A DNA stretch of 64,000 nt. It comes from Octopus bimaculoides. Lineage: Eukaryota. The notes under the pieces are model-generated. The model worked only from the letters and a program-made list of their open reading frames with translations, was not told the DNA's origin and did no database searches. Of this stretch, positions 1-12,584 are shown in pieces (position 1 is the stretch's first letter; each line of letters starts with the position of its first letter). Location of the stretch: assembly GCF_001194135.2 (NCBI RefSeq), contig NC_068991.1, positions 9,671,153-9,735,152 on the forward strand, written 5' to 3'. The translations under genes were made by a program, and so were the position numbers.

Positions 1-31
<31 letters not shown>

Positions 32-198
32 GATGACGATGATGATGATGATGATGACGATGACGATAATGATGATGATGATGACGACGACGACTACCAC
101 GCCGACGATGATGATGATAATGATGATGACGACGACAAGGACGACGATAATGATGATGATATAATGATGATGATGATAAAGACAACTACGACGACGAT
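1..198. repeat. Compound (GAT/GAC/GAT-AAT)n trinucleotide microsatellite
   Basis: Directly visible. Confidence 0.97.
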
Positions 199-1307
199 GG
201 CTACATAAACCGACCCCCGACACTGCAGGACTGTTGCTTCTGTCTGCCCTTAGTAGTTTTTAGGAATCAGTTTTTGCGTAATCCGATCCGACTCTTTATA
301 CTTAGCGATCTGACCACAATGACTCGGCGGGCTGTGACGGCTGCGGGACCAGAAAACTGTAGGCTTTAACATTGGAAAGGCCTTCATCTTGGTCAATTTC
401 CATGCAGATCTGGAAAGCTTAACTTTCCCTGGATTTTGTTGGAGAATGACAGAGTGACGAAGAAGGCGCCGGACCGCTTAAGGGCCTCCACTCCTTGATT
501 TACTGTCATGGTTAACTCCCCTAGCCTTTTCCTTTCCTAAAGCACCCAGAAAGTAGTTGAGGGTTTGTGCTTGGATTTTCTTCCATAACATGCTAATAAA
601 CCCATTGCCTGGATCTTCACAGATGCACCTACACCGAATCAGAGAAGACCTAGAAACAATAATGGCTAAGAGATGTTTCCACGCTTCTCAAGACCTTGGG
701 CCTCAATACTAAATGCAGTTTAAAGTCACACCCAGAACGTACTAGTCACACAAATGATGTAATAAAAGTCGCATTTTATATTTTGAAAGAATGGAATTCA
801 GATATTGCGATACTTATTTCTGTCCCAATCGTTGTAAGAGAAGTTAATTTTTCTCTTCTGGGAAATTCTGGTAATTGGAATACTGTGATATGAAGATAGG
901 CGTAAACCTTTGATTTTATGACTTTAGGAATTGAGGACGCAAAAACGTAGAAAACAAATCGCTGCATCCGACACACATACGTATACATACATACACACAG
1001 ATGGTAAATGTTTTTTATTTTTCATTCCCTTTCGAAATTATCTCTAATTGTGGTGTAAAGCTTTGGCTGCTTTTTCTAGCGGGTCAGATGTCCTAGTATA
1101 GGCATCTCTGATGTGTATTAAATGTACACTGTATTTTAAATGAATAATATATCGTCTGTTGACTATTTTTTTTTCTCGCTAGACCACTGAAAGTAAATTG
1201 AATTTCTAAAAAAATTTTTCTACCCTGAGATTTATTAATTATGATTAAATGTTTTTTGGCTACATACATACATACATACATACATACGTTCGAACGTACG
1301 TGTGTGT

Positions 1308-1607
1308 GTGTTGGTACTCCGTCGCTTACGACGACGAGGGTTCCAGTTGATCCGATCAACGGAACAGCCTGCTCGTGAAATTAACGTGCAAGTGGCTGAG
1401 CACTCCACAGACACGTGTACCCTTAATGTAGTTCTCGGGGATATTCAGCGTGACAAGGCTGACCCTTTGAATTACAGGCACAACAGAAACAGGAAGAAAG
1501 AGTGAGAGAAAGTTGTGATGGAAGAGTACAGCAGGGTTCGCCACCATCCCCTGCCGGAGCCTTGTGGAGCTTTAGGTGTTTTCGCTCAATAAACACTCAC
1601 AACGCCC
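1308..1607 (-). mobile_element. SINE-C copy, head lost in the assembly gap
   Basis: Reverse complement of the full copy at 18758-19145. Confidence 0.9.
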
Positions 1608-1978
1608 NNNNNNNNNNNNNNNNNNNNNNNNNNNNNNNNNNNNNNNNNNNNNNNNNNNNNNNNNNNNNNNNNNNNNNNNNNNNNNNNNNNNNNNNNNNNN
1701 NNNNNNNNNNNNNNNNNNNNNNNNNNNNNNNNNNNNNNNNNNNNNNNNNNNNNNNNNNNNNNNNNNNNNNNNNNNNNNNNNNNNNNNNNNNNNNNNNNNN
1801 NNNNNNNNNNNNNNNNNNNNNNNNNNNNNNNNNNNNNNNNNNNNNNNNNNNNNNNNNNNNNNNNNNNNNNNNNNNNNNNNNNNNNNNNNNNNNNNNNNNN
1901 NNNNNNNNNNNNNNNNNNNNNNNNNNNNNNNNNNNNNNNNNNNNNNNNNNNNNNNNNNNNNNNNNNNNNNNNNNNNNN
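1608..1978. other. Assembly gap (N). Other gaps: 4873-4882, 8916-9614, about 13531-13557, 23076-23132, 24547-24556, about 30420-30439, 41590-41666, 47584-47721, 55715-55902
   Basis: Runs of N. Confidence 0.98.
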
Positions 1979-2253
1979 GAAAATAAAACTGAAAGTTTGA
2001 CATTTCAAAAACTGAGGAAGTAAAATATTGATGCTTATGTCACTCCCAATGGCATTTGTTAAAGTGAACAGCAGAAATGTCAAAGCTGGTGTACACCATC
2101 AATGAATTTCCCAAGAAACGTTTTGGTTGATTCAGGGTTTCAACCACGGCCGTAGCCAGGATCTAAAGTTAGGGGTTGCGAGCACATAAAAAAGGTGCCG
2201 TGGCACATACCAAATAATTTTTAACTCGTTGATTTATACATTTTATAAAAGGT

Positions 2254-2365
2254 TGTTGTTGGCACTCCGTCGCTTACGACGTCGAGGGTTCTAGTTGATC
2301 CGATCCACAGATACGATCCTATGACCGCGAGTCCGCTACCCTAACCACTGGGCCATTGCACCTCC
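2254..2365 (-). mobile_element. Internally deleted SINE-C with 11-bp TSD
   Basis: Head and tail of SINE-C joined; TTATAAAAGGT at 2243-2253 and 2366-2376. Confidence 0.85.
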
Positions 2366-4782
2366 TTATAAAAGGTACCAATTTTGAAAAAATATACACG
2401 GGGAAAGCGATTGCTCCTCTTTTAACTACGTCACTAGTCTTAGCCTCTAAGCGAAGTGGACAGAGACCATGTTCCGCCAACTTCTCAGTACGCCAGTAAA
2501 ATGTGAATTCTTTACAGTGCCTTTGGTTGCACCAAGTTTCAATATGAGCAATGGTAGGCGGGTAGTGAGAAGGCAAGCAAAAACTATTAGGAGGAGCCCA
2601 TTTTACATCGAAATGAAGTTCAGTTTTTTCACAAAACAAACGAAGAACTCATAGAATTATTAAATAAACTAAAAGACGACGCAGGGGTTGCCATTCTTTG
2701 AGGACAGGGTGTCACGCAGTGGAGGACTGTACTTGAAGCCAGGTGGCTGAAAAGAGGGCTTCTTAACCGAACACCTGTATCTGCACGTATGTGTATGCGC
2801 GCGTGCGTGTGTTCACGTGTGTGTGTGTGTGCATGCATACATACATACATATACATATATATATATATATATATATATGCACATACTCACATTGGCGCAA
2901 GAATAGACGTTTGACTATAAATCTTTTTCTCTATTGCCTATCCTAGCATGTTTTATAGCCCTACAATTTTAACATTTCATTGTATATAGGCATGTATAGC
3001 TAATTAAAAACATATAACTATTATTAATCCTATCCCAAGTGCTTCATATTAAGTGTGTACGTATCGTTGATGGCTGTTCCCATCCCGTATAACAAACCTT
3101 CTTTTGTTGAAGAAATAGGTTGTCTTTCAATGTGTAATGTTACTTCCAACCTTTATAACCTTGTTATATGTCATCGACTGAAACGAAGTCTTCACTGTCA
3201 CGTTGTTAAGGTGAGCACAAAAGTGCAACCTTCATTATTTCTTTTCTCAGAAACGAATTAACATTTTCTTTAGTGTCATGCCAGCGTCTGTGTGTGTATA
3301 TATGTATCAAAAATGCAACAGCAAGTGCATACACACACACACACATGTTCCGAGTTCGAATTCCGCCGACGTTGACTTTGCCTTTCATCCTTTCGGTGGG
3401 GTCGATAAAATAAGTAACAGTTATGTATTGGTGTCGATGTAATCGATTTATCCATCCACTGAATTTGCTGGCCTTGTGCCAAAATTTGAAACTAATACAT
3501 AGCACTCAGTGTGTGTGTGTGTGTGTGTGTGTTGGATTTTAATTTTAGTTCACCTGAAGAAAACGGTTTTCTTCATGATTTGTTCATCAATAAAAAGGAA
3601 ATTGAAGGAAGACGTTGAAACTTCCCCTCTGCGAGTTTATTTTTTTCAACAGCAAAGGGAACTATTTTTTCAGAGAGGTAAGCTAACAAAAGCCCCTTTA
3701 TTCTATCTTCCCACATACCCTACGCATAAACTAACAGCGAATACTGCATAAAGTTCAATTGGTATGGAGCTTTCTGAAAGATACGTATAGCTTTCGTTAG
3801 TGGAAGCGAAACTCTTATCTAAAGGTTGATTCTTTGGGACGAATCATATGTAATTGTTTAAAAAAGGGCTAGAATGACAATGCTAAAACGTATTTGAAAC
3901 AATGGACAACAGTCGAAATATCATAATGGATGGGAAATAAGCTTCCTTAAAGTGAAACAACGCATTGATAGGGAAACAAAGGTATCAACAAATAGAAGAG
4001 AGGGAAGGGAACATCACCTTTCAAGTAACTCATAATAGGTAAAGGTAAGCTTGCCAAAGTTTAATGCAGTTTAAATATGGAGATTAAGATTGTTTGGTAT
4101 TGAATATTCATCGCGTACAATGTTCCTAGACAATTTAATCAGCGTGGCAGGTGGACAGTTAAAATAAATAGACAAAATCCCTTCACTTTTATAAAAAGGT
4201 TATATGGATTTATACATACATGCATACATACATACTTATACAGATACATACACACAGATCGACGAAATAATTCTCCTGCCTGCACACCGAAAACCGCTAT
4301 TTTTTTAAAACAAAATATTAGCGATCGACCGTGAGAGACAAACAATTATATGGATTATATCATCAGTTTCAGGTGCATCTCGGTTACTGTAATGGCAAAA
4401 CACACAAATTATTCCAGAAACAACCAGTTTGGGAGAACAAGGTTGTTAGTCTTATGTGTGTTGCCTTGTTTTCTGTCAGGACATGTTTTTGCGCCATCAA
4501 TTTGACAGCAGCTTTCAGGATTTAATCTCCAGTATGTGTTTCGAAACAAGACTAGTTACAATGTCACAAAGACGCTAGTTTAACGACATGTCACTGTAGT
4601 TGTAGTAAACTAGTTTGTATGGATATTTGTCCTTGATACATGCGCGCACACATACACTTTTCTATATATCCATACACTCTCACACACACATATAGATACG
4701 TGCGCATGTCTTTTGAATACTGTTTCATATCGTAATTCGGAACAAGACTGAATCTGTTAAGTTGAACGGTTAGCTGAATAAT

Positions 4783-4987
4783 TAGAGCGACCGGGAAAAT
4801 GCTTTGCAATATAGAGCGATCGGGAAAATGCTTTGCAATATAGAGCGATCGGGAAAATGCTTTGCAATATAGNNNNNNNNNNGGAAAATGCTTTGCAATA
4901 TAGAGCGATCGGGAAAATGCTTTGCAATATAGAGCGATCGGGAAAATGCTTTGCAATATAGATCGATCGGGAAAATGCTTTGCAATA
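4783..4987 (+). repeat. 29-bp minisatellite, about 7 copies (TAGAGCGATCGGGAAAATGCTTTGCAATA)
   Basis: Head-to-tail copies with no spacers; 10-N gap at 4873-4882. Confidence 0.95.
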
Positions 4988-5026
4988 TTTAGTGACGGAC
5001 TTTTTCGTCCTGAGTTGAAGAAGAAA

Positions 5027-5482
5027 TACGCGAGTCGACTGAAAAGTTCATTGGCCAACCAAAATACGCTCATGGAATGTGACCAAATGAGGTTTATTTT
5101 GCAATCCACACACTTCTTCCATCAGTATTGCAGTGCTTTGATCCCATTTGTGAAGAAGCCATCACCCTGTTGGTCAAAAAAGTCAACAACAGATATGACG
5201 TCATTATCACTGCGATATTGTTCTCAGCCAAGTGTTTTCTCATGTTGGGGAAAATATGATAGTTAGGTACTCGATAACAGCACGATGCCAAATTTTGTCC
5301 ATTTTCAAGAGATATCGTTATTTGTTACTTTTGAAGTATTCTTTAAACAATCAGATGCTGGTTTGACTGGAAAGAAATAATGCAGTTAATAAGAAGAATT
5401 AAAATTAATGCATGCAAGATTTCACAGCTTTAGTATTATATTTTCATAGTCAGCCAACGAACTTCTCAGCCAACCCACATGT
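5027..5482 (-). mobile_element. Internally deleted mariner element
   Basis: Imperfect TIRs (TACGCGAGTCGACTGAAAAGTTCATTGG / CAGCCAACGAACTTCTCAGCCAACCCAC). The minus strand reads MDKIWHRAVIEYL from 5302, joined to YHIFPNMRKHLA..(fs)YRSDNDVISVVDFFDQQGDGFFTNGIKALQY*WKKCVD, the typical mariner N- and C-termini. Confidence 0.85.
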
Positions 5483-6606
5483 TGCCGAGGTTAACTTCGC
5501 CTTTCATCTTTTCAATGCCAATAAATGAAATTACTAGTCAAGTGCTGAAGTCGATTTAATGAGCTGCGCCTTCCCCTATGTTAAAAATCAGTATTGCTCT
5601 ATCTGCAAGAAATCAATGAGAGATGGTCGTCTGATCAACTAGAAGTAGCAGTTAAATATCTCTCAATTCACAGCCCATCATAAAAAGGTTAAAAAAAAGA
5701 AAAAAAGAAAGAGCACATTTGAAAATGTAATCTGATATAAAGGATATCTAAAAAGATGGGATGATCACGGCTTAACCCTTTTGATCTAAAGTCTGCTCAA
5801 GCACGGTTGACTTGGTGTGAAACAACAATCTATTGAAGTTAAGGTCACGCAAAAGAAAAAAAAAACGGTTTTGCTAGAAAATTTACAAAATATTGAATTT
5901 TTGACTGTACAGTAGTATTTTGCACTAGTTGAACCAATTTATGCTGATCTTTTTTTTTATATTCAACAGGAAATACTTCAATCCTAATACGTTAATTATA
6001 CTCTACAAAAATTGAAGTACCGCGAACAATAGAGTACTGTTGCCATTTCTAGAATGGTAGGAAAAAGAAATGTCACCAAAATAGTATCACAGAAATAAGT
6101 AACGGAAAAAAGAAAAAAAAAACCCAAAAAGAACAGCGAAATGTCATAGAAAAAAAAAGGAAAAGCTACAGAAAAAGTAATAGAACAAATATAGCAGGAA
6201 ACTTTTGTTCGAATTGCACTGGTTTTTCGATTTTCTCACCGATTTTAACATCCTCAGCCGATATAAATAGCGAATGTTATGTACGCATGCACACATATTC
6301 ATGTGTAGGGAAAGATATACGTCCATTATTCAGAATTTCATAAACACGTAACACGTGTTAACAGTAGCAGTAGCAGCCGCAGTAGCAGTAGTAGTAGTAG
6401 TAGTAGAAAAGCCTTACACGGCCGCCTGAAGAGTATTATAGTCAGGGTCCCAAGCAAATCAAAGCATGTGTGTGCGTGTGCGTATATCCGTCTGCATGCA
6501 TGTGTGTGTGCGCGTGCGTATAAGTTTGTAAAAGTATATGCATAAGTGTAATTGTTAAAGAGGACAGCAAATGTTAAAGCAAGGCAAACATCTCAAGTCA
6601 ACTACA

Positions 6607-6951
6607 TCGAGGGTTCCAGTTGATCCGATCAACGGAACAGCCTGCTCGTGAAATTAACGTGCAAGTGACTGAGCACTCCACAGACACGTGTACCCTTAAC
6701 GTAGTTCTCGGGGATATTCAGCGTGACACAGAGTGTGACAAGGCTGACCCTTTGAATTACAGGCACAACAGAAACAGGAAGTAAGAGTGAGAGAAAGTTG
6801 TGGTGAAAGAGTACAGCAGAGTTCACCACCATCCCCTGCCGGAGCCTCGTGGAGCTTGAGGTGTTTTCGCTCAATCAACACTCACAACGTCCAGTCTGGG
6901 AATCGAAACCGCGAGTCCGCTGCCCTAACCACTGGGCCATTGCGCCTCCAC
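6607..6951 (-). mobile_element. SINE-C copy, nearly full length
   Basis: Reverse complement of 18758-19145, with a small deletion in the head. Confidence 0.9.
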
Positions 6952-8010
6952 ACACGCACACGTACACACACACACACACACAAATACACGCGCATATCCT
7001 CTTATGCTAATACATCAAAGTTTTTGCTCATTATCTCCCTTGATTAAAAAAATATCGTCTGACAAAATATCACTCTGTTCTCTGTTTCTATTACCCTCCA
7101 CCATCACCACCTGATTATTTTTGCTGTTTATTCATACTTTTTGTTCCAAAAACCCTTTGGTTAAGTTCAATAGATTGCTTTGAACTCTATGGCAATTGCA
7201 ATCATTTGAATCAACCTACCTGTTCCTTCCCTGCTCATGTCTTTCTTTAAAAAAATGTTCAGGCAGGTCATCAGCTACGTGAGTCTTAACTATAGTCTTG
7301 GAGGAAGGTCTTACCAAGGTCATAAACACTGCCTCATTCCCATATTCACTTATTAATAAAAAAATATTTTTTAAATAACGACACATTTTGAAATGTCCCA
7401 CTTAAAAGCCGTAAGAACAATGCCAGACACATCGTATTTGAATTCGGAAATCGGTCATGCATGTATGTGTGTGAGTGCGTGCGTGTGTCTGTGTGCATGC
7501 ATGTGTATGTGCGTGCGAGTATAAGTTTGTAAAAGTATATGTATAATTGTGTATGTGCGAAGCTAAGTTCGTGTGTGTGTGTGTGTGCGCGCGCGTATAA
7601 ATGTGTCTGTGTGTAAGCGTATGAATGTTGTTTACGCTGCCGCTTGAATGAAGTATCTAATAAAAGAGTGAGGATGGGAAAGAAACAGCAAAGCAGAGCG
7701 AGAGACAGAGACAAACAGAGAGATAGAGAGGGAAAAGAGAGAACAGCTGCTGGCAAGGGTGAGAGGGGAGGAGGGAGGAGAAAGAGATCTAGTCATTTTC
7801 AGTCACAGATTTTTTTAAATTTAATTTTTTTTAACTAAACAGTTTGAAACTTCGGATACGAACAACCTGTTGGTTTATCATTCATTTCAAAAGAATGATG
7901 CAAAGTCCGAGATCTATTCAATCTCAGTCACAGTTTAAATTTTTTTTTTTTAACTAAACATTTTGACTGAGACTGAATAGATCCAGTTGTTCTTATTCTT
8001 GTTCTTCTTT

Positions 8011-8189
8011 TGTGGTGGTGGTGGTGGTGATGGTGGGGATTATGGTGGTGGTGATTGTAGTGATAGCAGTGATGGTAGCAGAGGCAGTGGTAGTGGTGGT
8101 GGTGGTGGCAGTTGTGGTATTAAGAGGCTTTTGGAAAGAGCTATATAGTAAGAAGTGGATGGGTGCATAGAGGAATGAGAGAAGAGAGA

Positions 8190-8241
<52 letters not shown>
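8011..8241. repeat. (GGT/AGT)n followed by (GA)n microsatellites
   Basis: Directly visible. Confidence 0.95.
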
Positions 8242-8245
<4 letters not shown>

Positions 8246-8566
8246 ACGGAGAAAGAGAGAGATAAATAAACTAAAATAAGGAAGGGGAGTAGTGGAAGAG
8301 AGAATGGTAGTAAAAGAGACAGTGAATGAGAAAGAAAGAGAGAAAGAGAGAGGAACAGAAAAATGTTGATAGCATGAAAGATGGAGATTAAAAAGAAAAA
8401 TCAACAGATAATAAACGAAATGAAATGAATTAAGAGGAATAATTCCAATGGACCAACAACGATATGAACTACAATAGTTAACCCTTTAGCATTCAGATTA
8501 TTTTGTCAAAAGCAATGTTTATTCATTCACATTGTTTTGAATTAATCATACACGAACTTTTCTTTT

Positions 8567-8870
8567 TTACTCTAGGTACAAGACTCAAAATTTTGGGGCA
8601 GGGGATCAGTCGATTAGATAGACCCCAGTACGCAACTGGTACTTAATTTATCGACCCCAAAAGGATAAAAGGCAAAGTCGACTTCGGCGGAATTTGAACT
8701 CAGACGAAATACCGCTAAGCATTTCTTCCGGCGTTCTAACGTTTCTGCCAGCTCACCACCGCCTATAATCATATACGATCTTTTCTTTTTTACTCTAGGT
8801 ACAAGACCCGAAATTTTGGGGTAGGGGGTCAGTCGATTAGATAGACCCCAGGACGCAACTATTCCACAAG
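8567..8870 (-). mobile_element. SINE-A tandem pair (one full copy plus the 3' part of a second)
   Basis: Core ATCGACCCC.AAAGGAT.AAAGGCAAAGTCGAC.TCGGCGGAATTTGAACTCAGA; near-duplicated flank aatcata(c/t)acga at 8553 and 8767. Confidence 0.85.
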
Positions 8871-9680
8871 AGGGGGGCTGTTAAAGAATTTGTCAAGAAG
8901 TTTACTTGGAAGGGTNNNNNNNNNNNNNNNNNNNNNNNNNNNNNNNNNNNNNNNNNNNNNNNNNNNNNNNNNNNNNNNNNNNNNNNNNNNNNNNNNNNNN
9001 NNNNNNNNNNNNNNNNNNNNNNNNNNNNNNNNNNNNNNNNNNNNNNNNNNNNNNNNNNNNNNNNNNNNNNNNNNNNNNNNNNNNNNNNNNNNNNNNNNNN
9101 NNNNNNNNNNNNNNNNNNNNNNNNNNNNNNNNNNNNNNNNNNNNNNNNNNNNNNNNNNNNNNNNNNNNNNNNNNNNNNNNNNNNNNNNNNNNNNNNNNNN
9201 NNNNNNNNNNNNNNNNNNNNNNNNNNNNNNNNNNNNNNNNNNNNNNNNNNNNNNNNNNNNNNNNNNNNNNNNNNNNNNNNNNNNNNNNNNNNNNNNNNNN
9301 NNNNNNNNNNNNNNNNNNNNNNNNNNNNNNNNNNNNNNNNNNNNNNNNNNNNNNNNNNNNNNNNNNNNNNNNNNNNNNNNNNNNNNNNNNNNNNNNNNNN
9401 NNNNNNNNNNNNNNNNNNNNNNNNNNNNNNNNNNNNNNNNNNNNNNNNNNNNNNNNNNNNNNNNNNNNNNNNNNNNNNNNNNNNNNNNNNNNNNNNNNNN
9501 NNNNNNNNNNNNNNNNNNNNNNNNNNNNNNNNNNNNNNNNNNNNNNNNNNNNNNNNNNNNNNNNNNNNNNNNNNNNNNNNNNNNNNNNNNNNNNNNNNNN
9601 NNNNNNNNNNNNNNGTTAAGAAGACTAAGAGTAAAAGATGTTTTATATGACACATTCTACCAGTGTCCCAAGTTTCAAAG

Positions 9681-9975
9681 TGTTTCGTTACTGGGGTCCA
9701 TGTAATCGACTTAATCCCTTTGTCTGTCCTTGTTTGTCCCCTCTATGTTTAGCCCCTTGTGGGCAATAAAGAAATGAGAAACGTTAGCACGCCGGGCGAA
9801 ATACTCAGCGGTATTTCGTCTGTCTTTACGTTGTGAGTTCAAATTCCGCCGAGATCGACTTTGCCTTTCATCCTTTCGGGGTCGATAAATTAAGTACCAG
9901 TTGCGTACTGTGGTCAATCTAATCAACTGGCCCCCTTCTTCAAAATTTCGGGCCTTGTGCCTTGAGTAGAAAAGA
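9681..9975 (+). mobile_element. SINE-A composite: tail of one subfamily fused to the head-truncated body of another
   Basis: Tail ..TAATCCCTTTGTCTGTCC..GGGCAATAAAGAAATG joined to AGAAACGTTAGCACGCCGGGCG..; B-box-like GAGTTCAAATTCC. Confidence 0.85.
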
Positions 9976-10659
9976 ATAAAGCAAGAGATAAAAGATAAAA
10001 AGATTAATTTCTCGGTGTAAGTGTGTATATTTAGAAGAAGGGAAGTTTTATTTCTTTGCAGGTAAGGACCAATGTGATACTCTGAGGGGTGAGAGGGAGA
10101 GATAGATAGGCAGAGCAGACAATCAGAAAGAGAGAGGCTGAGAAAGGGTGGGGAGAAGAGACTGGTTGAACAAGTTAGACCAGTGTTTCTCTTAAGAAGT
10201 GAGCTGTCAGGATTGAAAAGACAAATTGCAATGTAAAATGAAAGTGCTTTTCACCTTTTTTAAACATGTCTAACACTATGACGCAAAAAAGAATTACATA
10301 GATGCAGACTCTGTTTTGTCTTAATAATAGAGAGGTGCACGTGTCCCACCACCACTACCGCAAAAAGAGAAGAAGAAGAAATGAAATTTACTCATAGGTG
10401 GGTGTGTAGTAAGAAGTTTGCTTCCCAACCATACGGTTTTGGGTTCAGTTCCACAGCGTGGCACCTTGGGCAAATGTCTTTTACTATAGCCTCGGGGCGA
10501 CTAAAGCCTTGTGAGTGGATTTCATAAATAGAAACTGAAAGAAACCCGTTGTATATATTCCTCTGAAAAAGAAGCTGGTTTCTAACAAAGATACGAAGCT
10601 CCATCTTTGGAATGATCGGTAACGAAAGCAGTGTCACATTTTAAACCCGAGAAAAGTCT

Positions 10660-10945
10660 TGCATAGTAATTAATCGGCACATCTTCTGGTAAATCACGGA
10701 TGATGATTTGACGACTTCCCCTCACAGCTGCACGCACATCTGCGATGTCTTTCTCAGTTCTGCTGGTTGCAGGTCTCCCAGAACGTTCGTTAATGTCGAT
10801 ATTTTTTTACAACCATCTTGGAAACGTCTGAACCACTCGTACACTTGTGTGCGGCCCATACACTCCTCTCCATACACTTTCTGTGACTTTGCGTAGGCAT
10901 CTGAGCAAGTATCGCCATGACAACTTTGTCATAGTCAATGCGACG
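10660..10945 (-). mobile_element. Mariner transposase N-terminal (HTH) relic
   Basis: Minus strand reads KVYGEECMGRTQVYEWFRRFQDG(fs)NERSGRPATSRTEKDIADVRAAVRGSRQIIIRDL, matching the mariner YEWF.RF..G....D..RSGRP pattern. Confidence 0.8.
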
Positions 10946-11349
10946 ATCAATGGGACTCATAGGGCTGGTTAATCAGTTTGTACGGCGTATAAGTAACAGA
11001 GATCCCTAACATTCACCCTGGATGGGATGCCAGTCCATCACAGGGTTACTCATTAACGGCTGAGTGGACTGGTGCAACGTGAGATGAAGTGGAATTTGCT
11101 CAAGAATACAACGCACCACCCGGTCTGGGCGTGCAACACCTTAACCACGAGACCTTGCATCTTCACTTTAATATTAGCACAATGCGTAAAATTTTGGCAG
11201 AATTGGTAGAATTTGCACAAAAATAAATAAACAAGTAAATAAAAAATGCCCGCGATGATTAGTTACAGTGGTAATTCGCTCAAAATTGGATGACATCTTA
11301 ACTCACTCTGTTTTTCCTACGACGATCGATAAAATAAATTACCAGCAAA

Positions 11350-11753
11350 GGAGCAGGCGTGGCTGTGTGGTAAGAAGTCTGTTTCCCAACCACATGTTTC
11401 CGGGTTCAGTCCCACTGCGTAGCATCATGGGCAAGTGTTTACTACTATAGCCTAGGGCCGACCAAAGCTTTATGAGAGGATTTAGTAGATGGAAACTGAA
11501 AGAAGCCCATCGTATGTGTGTGTATATATATATATGATGAACTTTATAAAGTTCATATTTCTCTATCATTTATATCTTGACAGCCGGTGTTGGTGTTTTT
11601 ACATCCCCGTTACTAGCAGTTCGGCAAAATAGACCGATAGAATAAGTACTAAAAAAAATGTACTGGAGTTGAGTCGTTTAGATAAAATCCTTCAAGGTGG
11701 TGCCCCAGCATTGCCACAGTCTAATGACTGAAGCAAGTAAAAGATAAAAGATA
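11350..11753 (+). mobile_element. SINE-B full-length copy (tRNA-like head, internal TA/TG tract, tail ..ATGACTGAAGCAAGTAAAAGATAAAAGATA)
   Basis: A-box-like TGGCTGTGTGG, B-box-like GGTTCAGTCCC. Related copies near 10396-10558, 29370-29530, 41452-41790, 42342-42500 and 62802-63170 (+) and several on the minus strand. Confidence 0.85.
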
Positions 11754-12523
11754 TGCGCAATAACTGGAATTTCGGTGGGAGAGGGTCAGTCGATTACATT
11801 GATCCTTGCGGTCAATTGTTATTTTATCTACCCCGAAAGGATGGAGAACGAAGTCGAGTCGAAAGAAACGCCGCTGAGCGTATTTTGCCTGTCGCGGCAA
11901 TGATTCTTCCGGCTTGTCCTCTAACATTTCCGAAATGTAAATAGAATTTCGATAGACTTTCTTAGTCGACACTTGTACTTAAATTTGTGAACCCACGAAG
12001 GATGAACGGCAAAGTCAACTTCAGCAGGATTGAAAATGAAAATATAAAGGAACGCTCGATTTCTTTTTGTATAATTATCGACGTAAACAACGAAGGAATC
12101 TCCTACGCGGTCATTTGAGCAGTCAGATCTCCTTCAAAATCACAGGTCTTAAGAAAGCAAAGACATCAGATGATGTGCTCTTGGAATTATATTTGGGGGG
12201 GGGGGGAAGAGAAAACATAATAAAGCAGCCGGGATAGTCATGGTTGGAGTACCTATTCACCACAGATTTGAAACAATAAACAACAAACGATCCAACGGTG
12301 TAGCCTCTGAATGGTCGTCTAAATTGCTAGAAATCACAGCCAAATCTCTCTCGAATTACTCTACTGTCTAAAAAAGGATCACATTGAATGAGGTATACAC
12401 TATTTGGGGGAAAAATGGGGTGGTCATAATCGGAATGCCTATTGATCAAATAAATCTGCTCGGTCTGCAAATGAATCAGGGGATAAACTAGTACTACGTG
12501 TTTATGGTGGGAGTAAAAGACAA

Positions 12524-12555
<32 letters not shown>

Positions 12556-12584
12556 AAAGTATAGTAGTAGAAGCATTTCAATGG

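Noticed and set aside
3549-3680. Plus-strand AG..GTAAGC exon-like signals and a 21-bp palindrome at 3555-3575
   Set aside because: The reading I tried stops early and shows no homology; short palindromes are expected by chance.
4783-4987. 29-bp repeat as a CRISPR array
   Set aside because: No unique spacers, no cas genes, and an intron-rich eukaryotic context; it is a plain tandem repeat.
7216-7340. Exon-like minus-strand segment (EYGNEAVFMTLVRPSSKT..EQGRN, AG|GTAGGT)
   Set aside because: Weak acceptor, no recognisable domain and no partner exon I could link.
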